From NCBI GenBank assembly GCA_900766735.1, contig CAAFWO010000008.1, positions 2,022 through 66,021 of the forward strand: a stretch of DNA of 64,000 nucleotides. Direction: 5' to 3'. A program made the translations under genes and the position numbers. The notes beneath the pieces were generated by a model. That model ran no database searches. It saw only the letters and a list, made by a program, of their open reading frames with translations, and was not told the origin of the DNA. The stretch comes from Clostridia bacterium. GTDB taxonomy: Bacteria > Bacillota > Clostridia > CAKSNL01 > HGM11501. Position 1 is the first letter of the stretch. Every line of letters starts with the position of its first letter. This document shows positions 9,532-18,233 of the stretch, one piece after another.

Positions 9532-10973
9532 TTCACCCTCTTGTAAAGCTCCAGCCACGATTTATATTTTCCCTTGTCGATCGAGCAAAGCTGATCCTTT
9601 GTCACGCGGTACTGCCAGTTTCCGTCCGCCTTTCCGGGGATGTTCAGTCTCGTGTCCGACCCATAGCCCAAAAGATCCTGTATCGGCAGTATCACGAGCC
9701 CGGCATGGCTTTCGTACATCGTTCTTATGATGCTGTCATAGCCTCTGTCCCAGTTTTCCGAGTCATAGCCCGAATAGCGCATAAGCCTTTTACGCAGATT
9801 ATCGTCAAGCTCCCAGACGAAGCCCAAAAGCGTGTTATTGTCGTGCGTGCCCGTGTATGCGACGGAGTTATTTTCATAGTTATGCGGAAGGTGCGGATTG
9901 TCGTCCTCTGATATAAATCCGAACTGGAGCACCCTCATACCCGGAAAACCGCTGTATGAAACAAGGTCAGTGACCTCTTTCGTGACGTCGCCGAGATCCT
10001 CGGCAATTATGAGTTTGTCCTTCGCGCACTCTTTGATAACGTCGATAAACTCCCTGCCGGGCCCTTTCATCCACTTTCCGTTTCTCGCGTCCGGGTCCTT
10101 TTCCGGAATCGCATAGTATGATTCGAGCCCTCTGAAATGGTCGATCCTTATGCCGTCAAACATCGAGAGCATATGACTTATTCTCTCTCGCCACCAACCG
10201 AATGAGTCAGACTTCATTTTCTCCCAGTCATATAATGGGTTTCCCCACTTCTGACCGGACGCGGAAAAATAGTCCGGCGGAACACCGGCAACGAGCGACG
10301 GCCTGCCGTCCTCATCCAACAAAAACTGATCTTTGTTTGCCCACACGTCCGCGCTGTCGTAGGCGACATAGATCGGAATATCGCCGATTATTTTTATGCC
10401 GCGGTCATTTGCATAGCGCTTTATCACGCTCCATTGTGTGAAAAACTTATACTGGATAAAGTGCCACATAAAGATGACGTCCTCATCCATCGCGTCAGAG
10501 TCAAAATCGCGCCACATTTTTTCCGAGTTCGATTTTTTGAGCGCCATAAAGCGCGAAAACGCTTCAAGATGCGGATGAGCCTTTATAAATTCCTCAATCT
10601 TTGTCCGGTCGGAAACTCTCTTTGCCGCCTTGGCCAATAGGTCGCACCTCGTGTGATAGAGCCTCACAAACTCACAGCTGTAGGGCGTCGTCTGTTTCGC
10701 CGAGGAAAGTTCCTCATCCGTTAAAAGTCCCTCATCTTTCAGCGACGGAAGGTCGACAAAATACGGATTTCCGGCAAACGCGGAATATGATTTATAGGGT
10801 GAATTGCACTCGTCCACCATTCCGAAGGGCAGAACCTGCCAGTAAGAAAAGCCGGCGTCGGCCAGAAAATCGATAAATTCCCCGGCTTCTCTGCCGAAGC
10901 TTCCGCACCCGTAATCGCCCCAGAGCGAGGAGATATGCATCAAAACACCCGCAGAACGTTTCATAATCAACAT
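9528..10973 (-). CDS. malQ: 4-alpha-glucanotransferase (amylomaltase, GH77)
   Basis: 481 aa with an N-terminus GVLMHISSLWGDYGCGSFG...FSYWQVLPFG and GTHDN, typical of MalQ. An alternative start is M4 at 10964. Confidence 0.88.
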   Translation of the reverse strand: MLIMKRSAGVLMHISSLWGDYGCGSFGREAGEFIDFLADAGFSYWQVLPFGMVDECNSPYKSYSAFAGNPYFVDLPSLKDEGLLTDEELSSAKQTTPYSCEFVRLYHTRCDLLAKAAKRVSDRTKIEEFIKAHPHLEAFSRFMALKKSNSEKMWRDFDSDAMDEDVIFMWHFIQYKFFTQWSVIKRYANDRGIKIIGDIPIYVAYDSADVWANKDQFLLDEDGRPSLVAGVPPDYFSASGQKWGNPLYDWEKMKSDSFGWWRERISHMLSMFDGIRIDHFRGLESYYAIPEKDPDARNGKWMKGPGREFIDVIKECAKDKLIIAEDLGDVTKEVTDLVSYSGFPGMRVLQFGFISEDDNPHLPHNYENNSVAYTGTHDNNTLLGFVWELDDNLRKRLMRYSGYDSENWDRGYDSIIRTMYESHAGLVILPIQDLLGYGSDTRLNIPGKADGNWQYRVTKDQLCSIDKGKYKSWLELYKRVK

Positions 10974-11009
10974 TATCCTCCGATCCTAAACATATATAAA
11001 ATCATTATA

Positions 11010-11906
11010 TCAAAAATCAGTCCCTTTTTCAAGGCTTTTTTGCCCCGATCTGTATTTTCCGGGGGACATATTTTTTTCTTTCTTAAAATCCTTGATGAAA
11101 TGGCTCGACGTTGCATAATCAAGCATCTGCGCGATCTCCGTCACGCTTTTGTCCGTGCACTTTAAAAGCCGCTGTGCCTCGCGTGTTTTTAAGCCTCTTG
11201 TGTATTCGGAGAAGCTCATATTCATGACCGACTTAAAAAATCTTATGAAATATCCGTCGCTGAGATTACAGAATTTTGCCGCCTCGTGCGTTTTTATGCA
11301 CCCTTTTTTCGCCTCGGAAATATCCATCAGCTTTTTAAGCATATCGACGTTGTCCTTTTTTGCGCCGCCGAAAAAGGACATAATCTCGCCCCGCCTGTTC
11401 CATTCGGCCAAAATGAGCGCGGAGAGCTTTATCGTGTCCGCCCTTATTATAAGCTCGTCGGCATAGTCCGCGCCGTCAAACCGGCAGACAGAGGATCGGA
11501 AGATCTCTGCCATCTCGTCCGTCGCCTTTATCACCCTTGAGTGGGTCGGGGTCTTTAGGTTCATATAATACTCAAATTCCGTGCCCGTCTGCTCCCTTGT
11601 CACCAGAATGTCGGGAAGCATCTTCGCGACGTAATTTATCCTGTCCCCGTCCTTCGCTGTGCAAAAAGTATGCGGCTCACCCGGAAAGACGATGGCGATC
11701 TCGCCCGGGAAAAGCGGATAGACCTTATCTCCGATATAGGCGTTCACCTCGCCCTCTTCAAGGTAAAAAAGCTCGATATATTTGTGGTAGTGATAATATC
11801 CCGTTCCGTTCACATACTCGGTTGGGCAGTTTTTCATTACCTGTTTAAGGTACTGCACCGCCAGATGCTCCCCGTTTCGTTTCGCCATTCCCTCGTCGAC
11901 GATCAT
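11010..11906 (-). CDS. AraC-family transcriptional regulator (cupin + HTH)
   Basis: N-terminal cupin-like sensor domain and a C-terminal double-HTH region (...FSEYTRGLKTREAQRLL...SVTEIAQMLDY.SSHFIKDFKK). Confidence 0.82.
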   Translation of the reverse strand: MIVDEGMAKRNGEHLAVQYLKQVMKNCPTEYVNGTGYYHYHKYIELFYLEEGEVNAYIGDKVYPLFPGEIAIVFPGEPHTFCTAKDGDRINYVAKMLPDILVTREQTGTEFEYYMNLKTPTHSRVIKATDEMAEIFRSSVCRFDGADYADELIIRADTIKLSALILAEWNRRGEIMSFFGGAKKDNVDMLKKLMDISEAKKGCIKTHEAAKFCNLSDGYFIRFFKSVMNMSFSEYTRGLKTREAQRLLKCTDKSVTEIAQMLDYATSSHFIKDFKKEKNMSPGKYRSGQKSLEKGTDF

Positions 11907-12015
11907 TTTATCACCTCAATGTCATAATTTTGCTATTTTTGGTTTGTTTTATTATAGCATATTGTCCGCAAAAATGCTACATTATTTTTGAAAATATTTT
12001 TTGGGAGGGAATAAT

Positions 12016-12744
12016 ATGATAAAAGTAACTATCTTTAACGAGTTTATGCATGAGCAGACGGAGGACGCGATCAAAAAAGTATACCCGGCCGGTATCCACA
12101 ATGCGTTAAAGGATTTTTTAGAGTCCGACGAAATATCCGTCCGCACAGTGACGCTTCTTGATAAGAACTTGAATTTAGTGCCCGAGTGCGGCCTCACTCC
12201 CGAGGTTTTGGCCGACACGGACGTTTTAATCTGGTGGGGGCACATGCGCCACGGCGATGTGCCGGACGAGGTGGTCGACCGCGTTTATAATCAGATCCTT
12301 TGCGGTATGGGCGCAATCTTCCTTCATTCGGCGCACCATTCAAAGCTTTTCCGCCGCCTGATGGGCACGACCTGCAACCTTCACTGGCGCGAAAACGAAA
12401 AGGAAAGGCTTTATAACATCAACCCCTCACACCCGATCATGGCCGGAATCGGCGACTATTTCGACCTTGAAAAGGAGGAGATGTACGGCGAGCGCTTCGA
12501 GATTCCCGAGCCCGACGAGCTTTTGATGATCGGCACATATTCCTCGCACGAGGTCATGAGAAGCGCGTGCACCTTCCGCCGCGTCAACGGCAGGATCTTT
12601 TACTTCCAGCCCGGTCACGAGGCCTATCCCACATATTACAATGAGAACGTTCAGCGCATCATAACGAACGCTGTCAAGTGGACGAACCCGACATATCGCG
12701 CAAAATCGCTCTCCTGTCCGTGCACCGAAGTTATTCCGCTTTAA
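12016..12744 (+). CDS. ThuA-like (trehalose-utilisation family) protein
   Basis: MIKVTIFNEF..., VLIWWGH and FLHSAHHSK are ThuA-domain hallmarks. The ATG at 12016 follows GGGAGGG. The track start at 12001 is a TTG inside the RBS. Confidence 0.75.
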   Translation: MIKVTIFNEFMHEQTEDAIKKVYPAGIHNALKDFLESDEISVRTVTLLDKNLNLVPECGLTPEVLADTDVLIWWGHMRHGDVPDEVVDRVYNQILCGMGAIFLHSAHHSKLFRRLMGTTCNLHWRENEKERLYNINPSHPIMAGIGDYFDLEKEEMYGERFEIPEPDELLMIGTYSSHEVMRSACTFRRVNGRIFYFQPGHEAYPTYYNENVQRIITNAVKWTNPTYRAKSLSCPCTEVIPL

Positions 12745-12751
12745 AAAAATG

Positions 12752-12780
12752 TTGACAAACGGCGAATTTGAGTGTATAAT
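12752..12780 (+). promoter_or_regulatory. consensus sigma-A promoter of hydF (TTGACA-17-TATAAT)
   Basis: TTGACA at 12752-12757 and TATAAT at 12775-12780, with a 17-nt spacer. Confidence 0.7.
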
Positions 12781-12820
12781 TTAATCACTCTGAAAGTGTT
12801 GGGTTTCCAGCGCTTTAGCC

Positions 12821-12860
12821 GTGCCCTTCCGAGCTTCGCGCCGGAGGGGCACATTTTATT
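12821..12860 (+). terminator. terminator-like hairpin inside the hydF 5' leader (possible attenuator)
   Basis: gtgcccttccg (12821-12831) pairs with cggaggggcac (12842-12852), giving an 11-bp stem with one G-U. It is followed by attttattt and lies 17 nt before the hydF ATG. Confidence 0.45.
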
Positions 12861-12876
12861 TACGGGAGGTATTTTT

Positions 12877-14043
12877 ATGAGTTTAACATCCGTTCCCTCG
12901 GGCGAGCGCGTCCACATCGGCATTTTTGGCCGCCGCAATGCCGGGAAAAGCTCACTCGTCAACCGCATCACGGGGCAGAGCGTTTCGCTCGTTTCCTCCG
13001 TTCCCGGCACGACGACGGACGCGGTCAGAAAGGCGATGGAGATCCTTCCCTTGGGCCCCGTCGTTCTTATCGACACTCCGGGGTTTGACGATTCTGGCGA
13101 CCTTGGCAAGATGCGCGTCGAAGCCACTAAAAAAGTGCTCTCGGAGTGCGACGCGGCGCTCTTGGTCATCGACCCCGAAAAAGGAGAGGGTGAGACCGAG
13201 AAGGCACTTTGTGCACTCTTTGACGAGAAAAACATTTCCTATATTAAAGTATATTCAAAGTCCGACATTAAAAAGGGCGCCGGGCTTTCGGTGTGCTCCG
13301 AAACGGGCGAAGGCATATCGAAACTGCTTGACGCGCTCTCAAATATCCTCCCCGAAAAGGAAAATCCGCGCCGTATAATAGGCGACCTTTTGTCCGAGTC
13401 CGACTGCGTTATCTTGGTCACGCCGATAGATTCTGCCGCTCCCAAGGGCAGGCTCATTTTGCCCCAGATCGAGACTCTTCGCGATATTTTGGATTCCGGC
13501 GCGATGGCGCTCGTAGTAAAAGAAACGGAATATGAAAAGGCGCTCTCAAAGCTCGCCGCCCCTCCCCGGCTTGTCGTGACGGACAGTCAGGTGTTCGGCC
13601 TTATCAATAAGTTAACGCCGCGCGATGTTCCGCTCACGAGCTTTTCGGTCTTGATGGCGCGCTACAAAGGCATTTTGCCGGCCGCGTTATCCGGCGCCGC
13701 GAAGCTTGACTCACTGTCTGACGGCGACCGCGTTTTGATCAGCGAATCGTGCACCCATAAAAAGCAGTGCGACGACATCGGCACCGTCAAGCTGCCCAAA
13801 TGGATAAGCGAATACTCGGGAAAAGACATTGTATTTGAATTTTCGTCCGGCAAAGGGTTTCCTTCCGATCTTTCGCCCTACAGCCTGATCGTTCAGTGCG
13901 GCGGATGTATGATAACCGAACGCGAAGCAAAAGAGCGCTACCGCCTCGCCGAAAGATCCGGCGTTCCGATCACGAACTACGGCACGGCGATCGCGAAAAT
14001 GAACGGCATTCTTCCGCGCATAAGCGAACTCTTTGTCGAATAA
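12877..14043 (+). CDS. hydF: [FeFe]-hydrogenase maturation GTPase HydF
   Basis: G1 motif GRRNAGKSS, plus GTTTD and DTPG. The C-terminus has CTHKKQCDDIG...VQCGGCM (CxH...HCxxC-type cluster site). The ATG at 12877 follows GGGAGG. Confidence 0.85.
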   Translation: MSLTSVPSGERVHIGIFGRRNAGKSSLVNRITGQSVSLVSSVPGTTTDAVRKAMEILPLGPVVLIDTPGFDDSGDLGKMRVEATKKVLSECDAALLVIDPEKGEGETEKALCALFDEKNISYIKVYSKSDIKKGAGLSVCSETGEGISKLLDALSNILPEKENPRRIIGDLLSESDCVILVTPIDSAAPKGRLILPQIETLRDILDSGAMALVVKETEYEKALSKLAAPPRLVVTDSQVFGLINKLTPRDVPLTSFSVLMARYKGILPAALSGAAKLDSLSDGDRVLISESCTHKKQCDDIGTVKLPKWISEYSGKDIVFEFSSGKGFPSDLSPYSLIVQCGGCMITEREAKERYRLAERSGVPITNYGTAIAKMNGILPRISELFVE

Positions 14044-14059
14044 TACCACACGCTGATAA

Positions 14060-14088
14060 GTTGACATAATCAAAAAAATGTGCTAAAA
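14060..14088 (+). promoter_or_regulatory. sigma-A promoter (TTGACA-17-TAAAAT)
   Basis: TTGACA at 14060-14065 and TAAAAT at 14083-14088, upstream of the SCP2-like gene. Confidence 0.6.
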
Positions 14089-14123
14089 TAATAGCAGAAC
14101 TCATCAGAAAGGAGCTAACGTTT

Positions 14124-14588
14124 ATGACATTTGAAGAAAGATTTTCAGAACTCAAAAAGATTATTTCCAAGAAAAGACCTAAGCTCGGTCCCGTTTTTGC
14201 AATTCAGGTCAATATGACCGACTCTGACTGTCACGGTACTTTCTATATCGCATATACAGACGGCACCTTGAGAGTTGAGCCCTATGACTACTATGACCAC
14301 ACAGCGATGATAACGGCAGACTCGAAGGTTCTGGGCGAGCTTTTGGAGGGCACGTTAACGCCCGGGAAAGCATATGAAGAGGGCAAGATCATTATCGACG
14401 GAAGCTTAGAGTCCGCAAAGGAGCTTACCAAGCTTTGCAAAAAGCCGGTCGTTAAGAAGGCCGCTCCCAAAAAGGCGGAGAAAAAGCCTGAGGTCAAGCC
14501 TGAGGTCAAGCCTGAAGTCAAGGCTGAAGTTAAACCCGAGGTCAAGACCGAGAAACTGAAAAAAGAGTGCAAAAAGAAAAGCAAATAA
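14124..14588 (+). CDS. SCP2 (sterol-carrier-like) domain protein with a Lys-rich KPEV-repeat tail
   Basis: About 110 aa with an SCP2-like pattern (FAIQVNMTD...GTFYIAY..., ADSKVLGELLEGTLTPGKAYEEGKIIIDG), followed by KKAAPKKAEKKPEVKPEVKPEVKAEVKPEVKTEKLKKECKKKSK. Confidence 0.6.
   Translation: MTFEERFSELKKIISKKRPKLGPVFAIQVNMTDSDCHGTFYIAYTDGTLRVEPYDYYDHTAMITADSKVLGELLEGTLTPGKAYEEGKIIIDGSLESAKELTKLCKKPVVKKAAPKKAEKKPEVKPEVKPEVKAEVKPEVKTEKLKKECKKKSK
14484..14552 (+). repeat. 12-nt in-frame tandem repeat (about 5.7 copies) encoding (K-P/A-E-V)n
   Basis: aagcctgaggtc aagcctgaggtc aagcctgaagtc aaggctgaagtt aaacccgaggtc aagaccgag. Confidence 0.9.
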
Positions 14589-14625
14589 CAAAAAAGCCGG
14601 CATTTGGCGGTCATTGATAAAACAG
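14586..14625. repeat. left arm of a 40-bp imperfect inverted repeat (putative attL: terminator half + element end)
   Basis: taacaaaaaagccggcatttggcggtcattgataaaacag matches the reverse complement of 20641-20680 at 34/40 positions. The first 16 nt are identical. Confidence 0.85.
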
Positions 14626-14661
14626 TAACATCAACAGACTGTCAAACGGAGTTGTCAAAAA

Positions 14662-14699
14662 ACACGCATATCACTTTTTAAGGTGGTATGCGTGTTTTT
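14662..14699. terminator. element-borne bidirectional terminator next to the left junction
   Basis: acacgcata (14662-14670) pairs with tatgcgtgt (14687-14695). An A6 run precedes it (14656-14661) and T-rich sequence follows it. Confidence 0.65.
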
Positions 14700-14876
14700 C
14701 GTGTGCTTTTATTTTTCTTAAAATGTCTACTCTGATATGTCACCATTTAGAGGTCGAAAAAGCCTTGTTTTATGCGGCTTTTAAGGGCTGAAATTGGCGA
14801 GGTAATATAATATCATTACTTTGCTCAAAAATGGGGATTTATTTTCTACAAAAATTACTTAAGTAAATGTTCATAT

Positions 14877-17800
14877 TTACACAATAGTTATTCCTAATAA
14901 TGAATTTAATTTAGAAACAACTTCTTTTTGCAGTTCAGTAAATTTTTCAAATGTATCCGCATATGTTTTTTGCATTTCAACATCGAAACACCCTGCCTTA
15001 TTAATTGGAATTTCAATGATTACATCTTTCAATATATTAACAGTCAATCTTTTGTTTTGTTCTCCATCTGCACTATGTTTTAGCACTTCTGATAGAAATG
15101 CATGCACATATGGCATATACACAGTATTCTTAAATTCTTCTTTTACACACATTGCCCCGCAATGCGTTGTCATACTGAATTTTCCATTGCGATAGAATAC
15201 TGTTCCTGCATATACTCCATCTGTTGTCCATGTAAGACACTCACAGTCAAAATCATAGGTATCAATTTGCGCTATTATTCCATCATTAGATGTTTGAGAT
15301 GAAAAAACTGGATAGATGCCCTGATGTTCGGTAAAATACTTATTGGTGTATTTTGATTTTCCCTTTACTAAATCGAACAATTCCGATATTTTAACCGCTC
15401 TCGTTCCTGTTTGTAAATCAATATTAGGTCTTGTTGACGAGATTTGTTCAACACAGCCGTTTACTTTATTCTCAAATTCTTCAAAAATAGAATATTGAGC
15501 TATAAAATTTTCTTGATACTCCAATGATATTTCTCCGCTATCAACTGATGTGGGCATGTCAATCTCTAAATCCTCGATCATTGATGGATATAGTTTTGTA
15601 AACTCATCTTTTCCTTTTTCACCTTTTCGCCCCTTTGCCATCTCTCTAAAAGTCGGTTGCAATATATGCTTAACATATTTTAATGAAATGTTTTTAGAGC
15701 GCGGTATTAATATTCCACGATCCCCATTTATTGAAAACTTACCATCTAAAATCATTATATATCCAGCAAAACCATTTGATGACCAAGAAAGACACGGTAC
15801 ATCGTAATCATAAGTATTCATATATGTTAACGGGTTGCTATTTGAAGCCGAAAAAACCGGATACTGTCCCTTGTTAGCTTCACCATATTTTTTCGTATAT
15901 TTCGAACAGCCTTTTTCAATTTTAAATAGTTCGTTCAGTTTATACTTTCTAAAAATTATTTCACCGTTTTTTTTTATATCAATTTCATTAAAAAGAGATT
16001 GATACTCAGAAATTTCATTAATTGCCTCACCTATCATATTACCAAATTCAGAGGGACTCATAGTATTTATTTTTTCAATAATTCCCAGCGATACTCTCTC
16101 TTCATATGTCCACCATTTATCTATAATCCACCCTTTTGAACAATTTTCAACAAACTTAGAAAATTCAAAAATTTTACAACGAGGGTCATTTGCTCTAAAC
16201 CTATTTTTCGAGCCTTTAAATTGATTAAACAAATCTACGGCAGTTTCTATTTGGTTCTCACCCGTATCAAATCGATAAATATCTAATGTTTCACCTATAT
16301 CACTTACCAAATAGGAAAACACAGGAGATTGTTGGACTTCATCGAAATTATCCTTTTTGGTTAATGCAATTATATAAGTCTTTTTGTTCGTAGTAAAAAA
16401 TGTGTTTAACGGCAACGAAATTAAAGCATCTATTATGCAGTTTTGGCATATAAATTTTCGTAGCTTATAGTCATTTTGTCGGTTCAGAATTCCATCTGGA
16501 ATAACAACAAATGCCTTACCATTAGGTTTAAGAGCATTAATTATCCATTCCATAAAAAGACCTTCTACACCCAATCCATTTGCTGTATAGTATTTTTCTA
16601 ATACTGAATCTTTGCGTATTTCATCTTTAAGATTACTACTTCCGCTAGTCACATATGGAGGATTAGTTAGGATGAGATCATATTCATCTTTAACAGGATC
16701 TCTTAATGTGCCAAGGATTGAGTTTGTTTTCAAGGTAAATGTTTCATTAAACAAATCCGCAAATATTTTTGTATACTTAGGATCTGGATATTCTTTTATC
16801 AAATCGGAAAAGTAAATTAACATATTTGCTTTTGCTAGAATAATTGTTTTTTGTTCTTCTCTATCAAATCCCTTGTCAAATCCATGTAATGTCACACTTG
16901 AACAAAGTTTTCCGTTCTTAATTTTATAAAAAGTTTTCAATTTTGGCAAAACAGCCTCAAGCAAAAACTTTCCCACACCGCATGCGGGGTCACAAATACT
17001 CATATTGTCATGAATATCTGCCATTTTCACCATAGGTTTAACTACTTTTAACGGTGTAAAGAATTGCCCCCAATTTTTTTTGCTAATACTTTCTTTCAAA
17101 AAGCTCTCAAAAATCTTACTTTTAAAATCATAATCTATTTTTTCTAATTTTCCATAATTATAGAACCTTTGTAGAATTTTCTTAAATACACCACTATACC
17201 CCTCAACAGCTTTATCGTCTTTGCTGACAAATATTGTTCCATTAATGATAGTAGTATTGTCTTTCGTATTTTTGGGGAAAAGTTGCTTAATTTTAGGTCT
17301 TATAGTATTTGCATAATACTCCAGCACCTCATTGTCCGTATTATCATCATACATACTAATCAGACTATAAAAATTATGCATACCCTTAAGAACTTCTAGG
17401 TCACTTAAGTATTTAAAAATAAAAATTTCTACAAAAGTATACAAACAATTTTCAGGCGTAGCACCGCTAACAGTCCATATATCTTGCCAAATTTGTTTTG
17501 CTAAGGGTGTTGGATTTTGTAATTCAGGGGCAATCAATTGAGAATTATCCTTTGATATACATGAATCAATTTTTTCAAACAATTTTACTATTTGCTGATC
17601 ATTCGGATCAAACAGATTTACCAACTGTTTGTTATTTTCATCATTAATAAAATCCCCTGTAATTCCATTAAGCCAAATAGTCTTTGTAGTATCAGTTACT
17701 ATGGCAATTTTCGCCTTTAATCCTTTAGATATTTCTAGTGCTTGTTCAATTGCCTTTTTAATTTTTGTTTTTGTATTTAATTCAGAAGGTTTTTTGTTTT

Positions 17801-18008
17801 CAATTGTACAAAAAACTTTTTTGCCTAAAACTACAATTCCATCCGGCTTTTTATTTTCTATCCCCTTATAAGTCTTTTTTGTAATAATACCTGCCTCTTT
17901 CAAGTTTTTAATTGACGTCGCTCCGATATTATAAAATGTCCATTTTCCAATTGTTTGTGGATTGTTAATTAAATCTCTTTGTAACAATTCTTCACTCACT
18001 TTTCTCAT
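14877..18008 (-). CDS. single-polypeptide restriction-modification-specificity enzyme (Type IIB/IIG-like; nuclease + N6-adenine MTase + two TRDs)
   Basis: 1043 aa. It has a PD-ExK motif (D56-X13-E70-N-K72, in KPDGIVVLGKKVFCTIENKK) and an HsdM-N-like helix region (FVEIFIFKYLSD). The SAM motif I DPACGVGKF is at aa 340-348 and motif IV NPPY at aa 449-452. Two HsdS-like TRDs follow, at about aa 683-860 and 868-1043. Confidence 0.85.
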   Translation of the reverse strand: MRKVSEELLQRDLINNPQTIGKWTFYNIGATSIKNLKEAGIITKKTYKGIENKKPDGIVVLGKKVFCTIENKKPSELNTKTKIKKAIEQALEISKGLKAKIAIVTDTTKTIWLNGITGDFINDENNKQLVNLFDPNDQQIVKLFEKIDSCISKDNSQLIAPELQNPTPLAKQIWQDIWTVSGATPENCLYTFVEIFIFKYLSDLEVLKGMHNFYSLISMYDDNTDNEVLEYYANTIRPKIKQLFPKNTKDNTTIINGTIFVSKDDKAVEGYSGVFKKILQRFYNYGKLEKIDYDFKSKIFESFLKESISKKNWGQFFTPLKVVKPMVKMADIHDNMSICDPACGVGKFLLEAVLPKLKTFYKIKNGKLCSSVTLHGFDKGFDREEQKTIILAKANMLIYFSDLIKEYPDPKYTKIFADLFNETFTLKTNSILGTLRDPVKDEYDLILTNPPYVTSGSSNLKDEIRKDSVLEKYYTANGLGVEGLFMEWIINALKPNGKAFVVIPDGILNRQNDYKLRKFICQNCIIDALISLPLNTFFTTNKKTYIIALTKKDNFDEVQQSPVFSYLVSDIGETLDIYRFDTGENQIETAVDLFNQFKGSKNRFRANDPRCKIFEFSKFVENCSKGWIIDKWWTYEERVSLGIIEKINTMSPSEFGNMIGEAINEISEYQSLFNEIDIKKNGEIIFRKYKLNELFKIEKGCSKYTKKYGEANKGQYPVFSASNSNPLTYMNTYDYDVPCLSWSSNGFAGYIMILDGKFSINGDRGILIPRSKNISLKYVKHILQPTFREMAKGRKGEKGKDEFTKLYPSMIEDLEIDMPTSVDSGEISLEYQENFIAQYSIFEEFENKVNGCVEQISSTRPNIDLQTGTRAVKISELFDLVKGKSKYTNKYFTEHQGIYPVFSSQTSNDGIIAQIDTYDFDCECLTWTTDGVYAGTVFYRNGKFSMTTHCGAMCVKEEFKNTVYMPYVHAFLSEVLKHSADGEQNKRLTVNILKDVIIEIPINKAGCFDVEMQKTYADTFEKFTELQKEVVSKLNSLLGITIV

Positions 18009-18216
18009 CTCCGTTCAGCTTATTTTGAAAATAATTATCATCCCTGTTTGATGGAATATATTCTTGTAAGTTTCTAATGCCGTTTTCAAAAATTTCTCTT
18101 TCTATTAAATACCTTACAGAATCAGTAAAATTAGTTTGCATAGATGCAAATTGCATCAATTTGTTATCATTGTCACGAAATCTAATAGAATATCTTGTTT
18201 TTTCGTTCTTCATCAT
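17992..18216 (-). CDS. small ribbon-helix-helix-like protein, putative controller of the RM gene
   Basis: ATGATG at 18211-18216 follows GAGGTG. MMKNEKTRYSIRFRDNDNKLMQFASMQTNFTDSVRYLIEREI fits a beta-strand/helix/helix (CopG/Arc-like) pattern. Its 3' end overlaps the RM start codon by 17 nt. Confidence 0.55.
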   Translation of the reverse strand: MMKNEKTRYSIRFRDNDNKLMQFASMQTNFTDSVRYLIEREIFENGIRNLQEYIPSNRDDNYFQNKLNGDEKSE

Positions 18217-18233
18217 ACACACCTCATGATAAT

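Noticed and set aside
14484-14552. A tandem 12-nt repeat that could superficially look like a short repeat array.
   Set aside because: It is in frame inside a CDS and encodes KPEV units. There are no spacers, and the repeat length is far below CRISPR dimensions.
15967-17082. Two A9 tracts on the coding strand of the RM gene (T9 at 15967-15975 and 17074-17082 on the + strand), considered as possible phase-variation switches.
   Set aside because: They encode Lys-Lys(-Asn) in a very AT-rich, Lys-rich gene. Runs of this length are roughly expected by chance at that composition, and the gene is intact. Without population data there is no evidence for switching.
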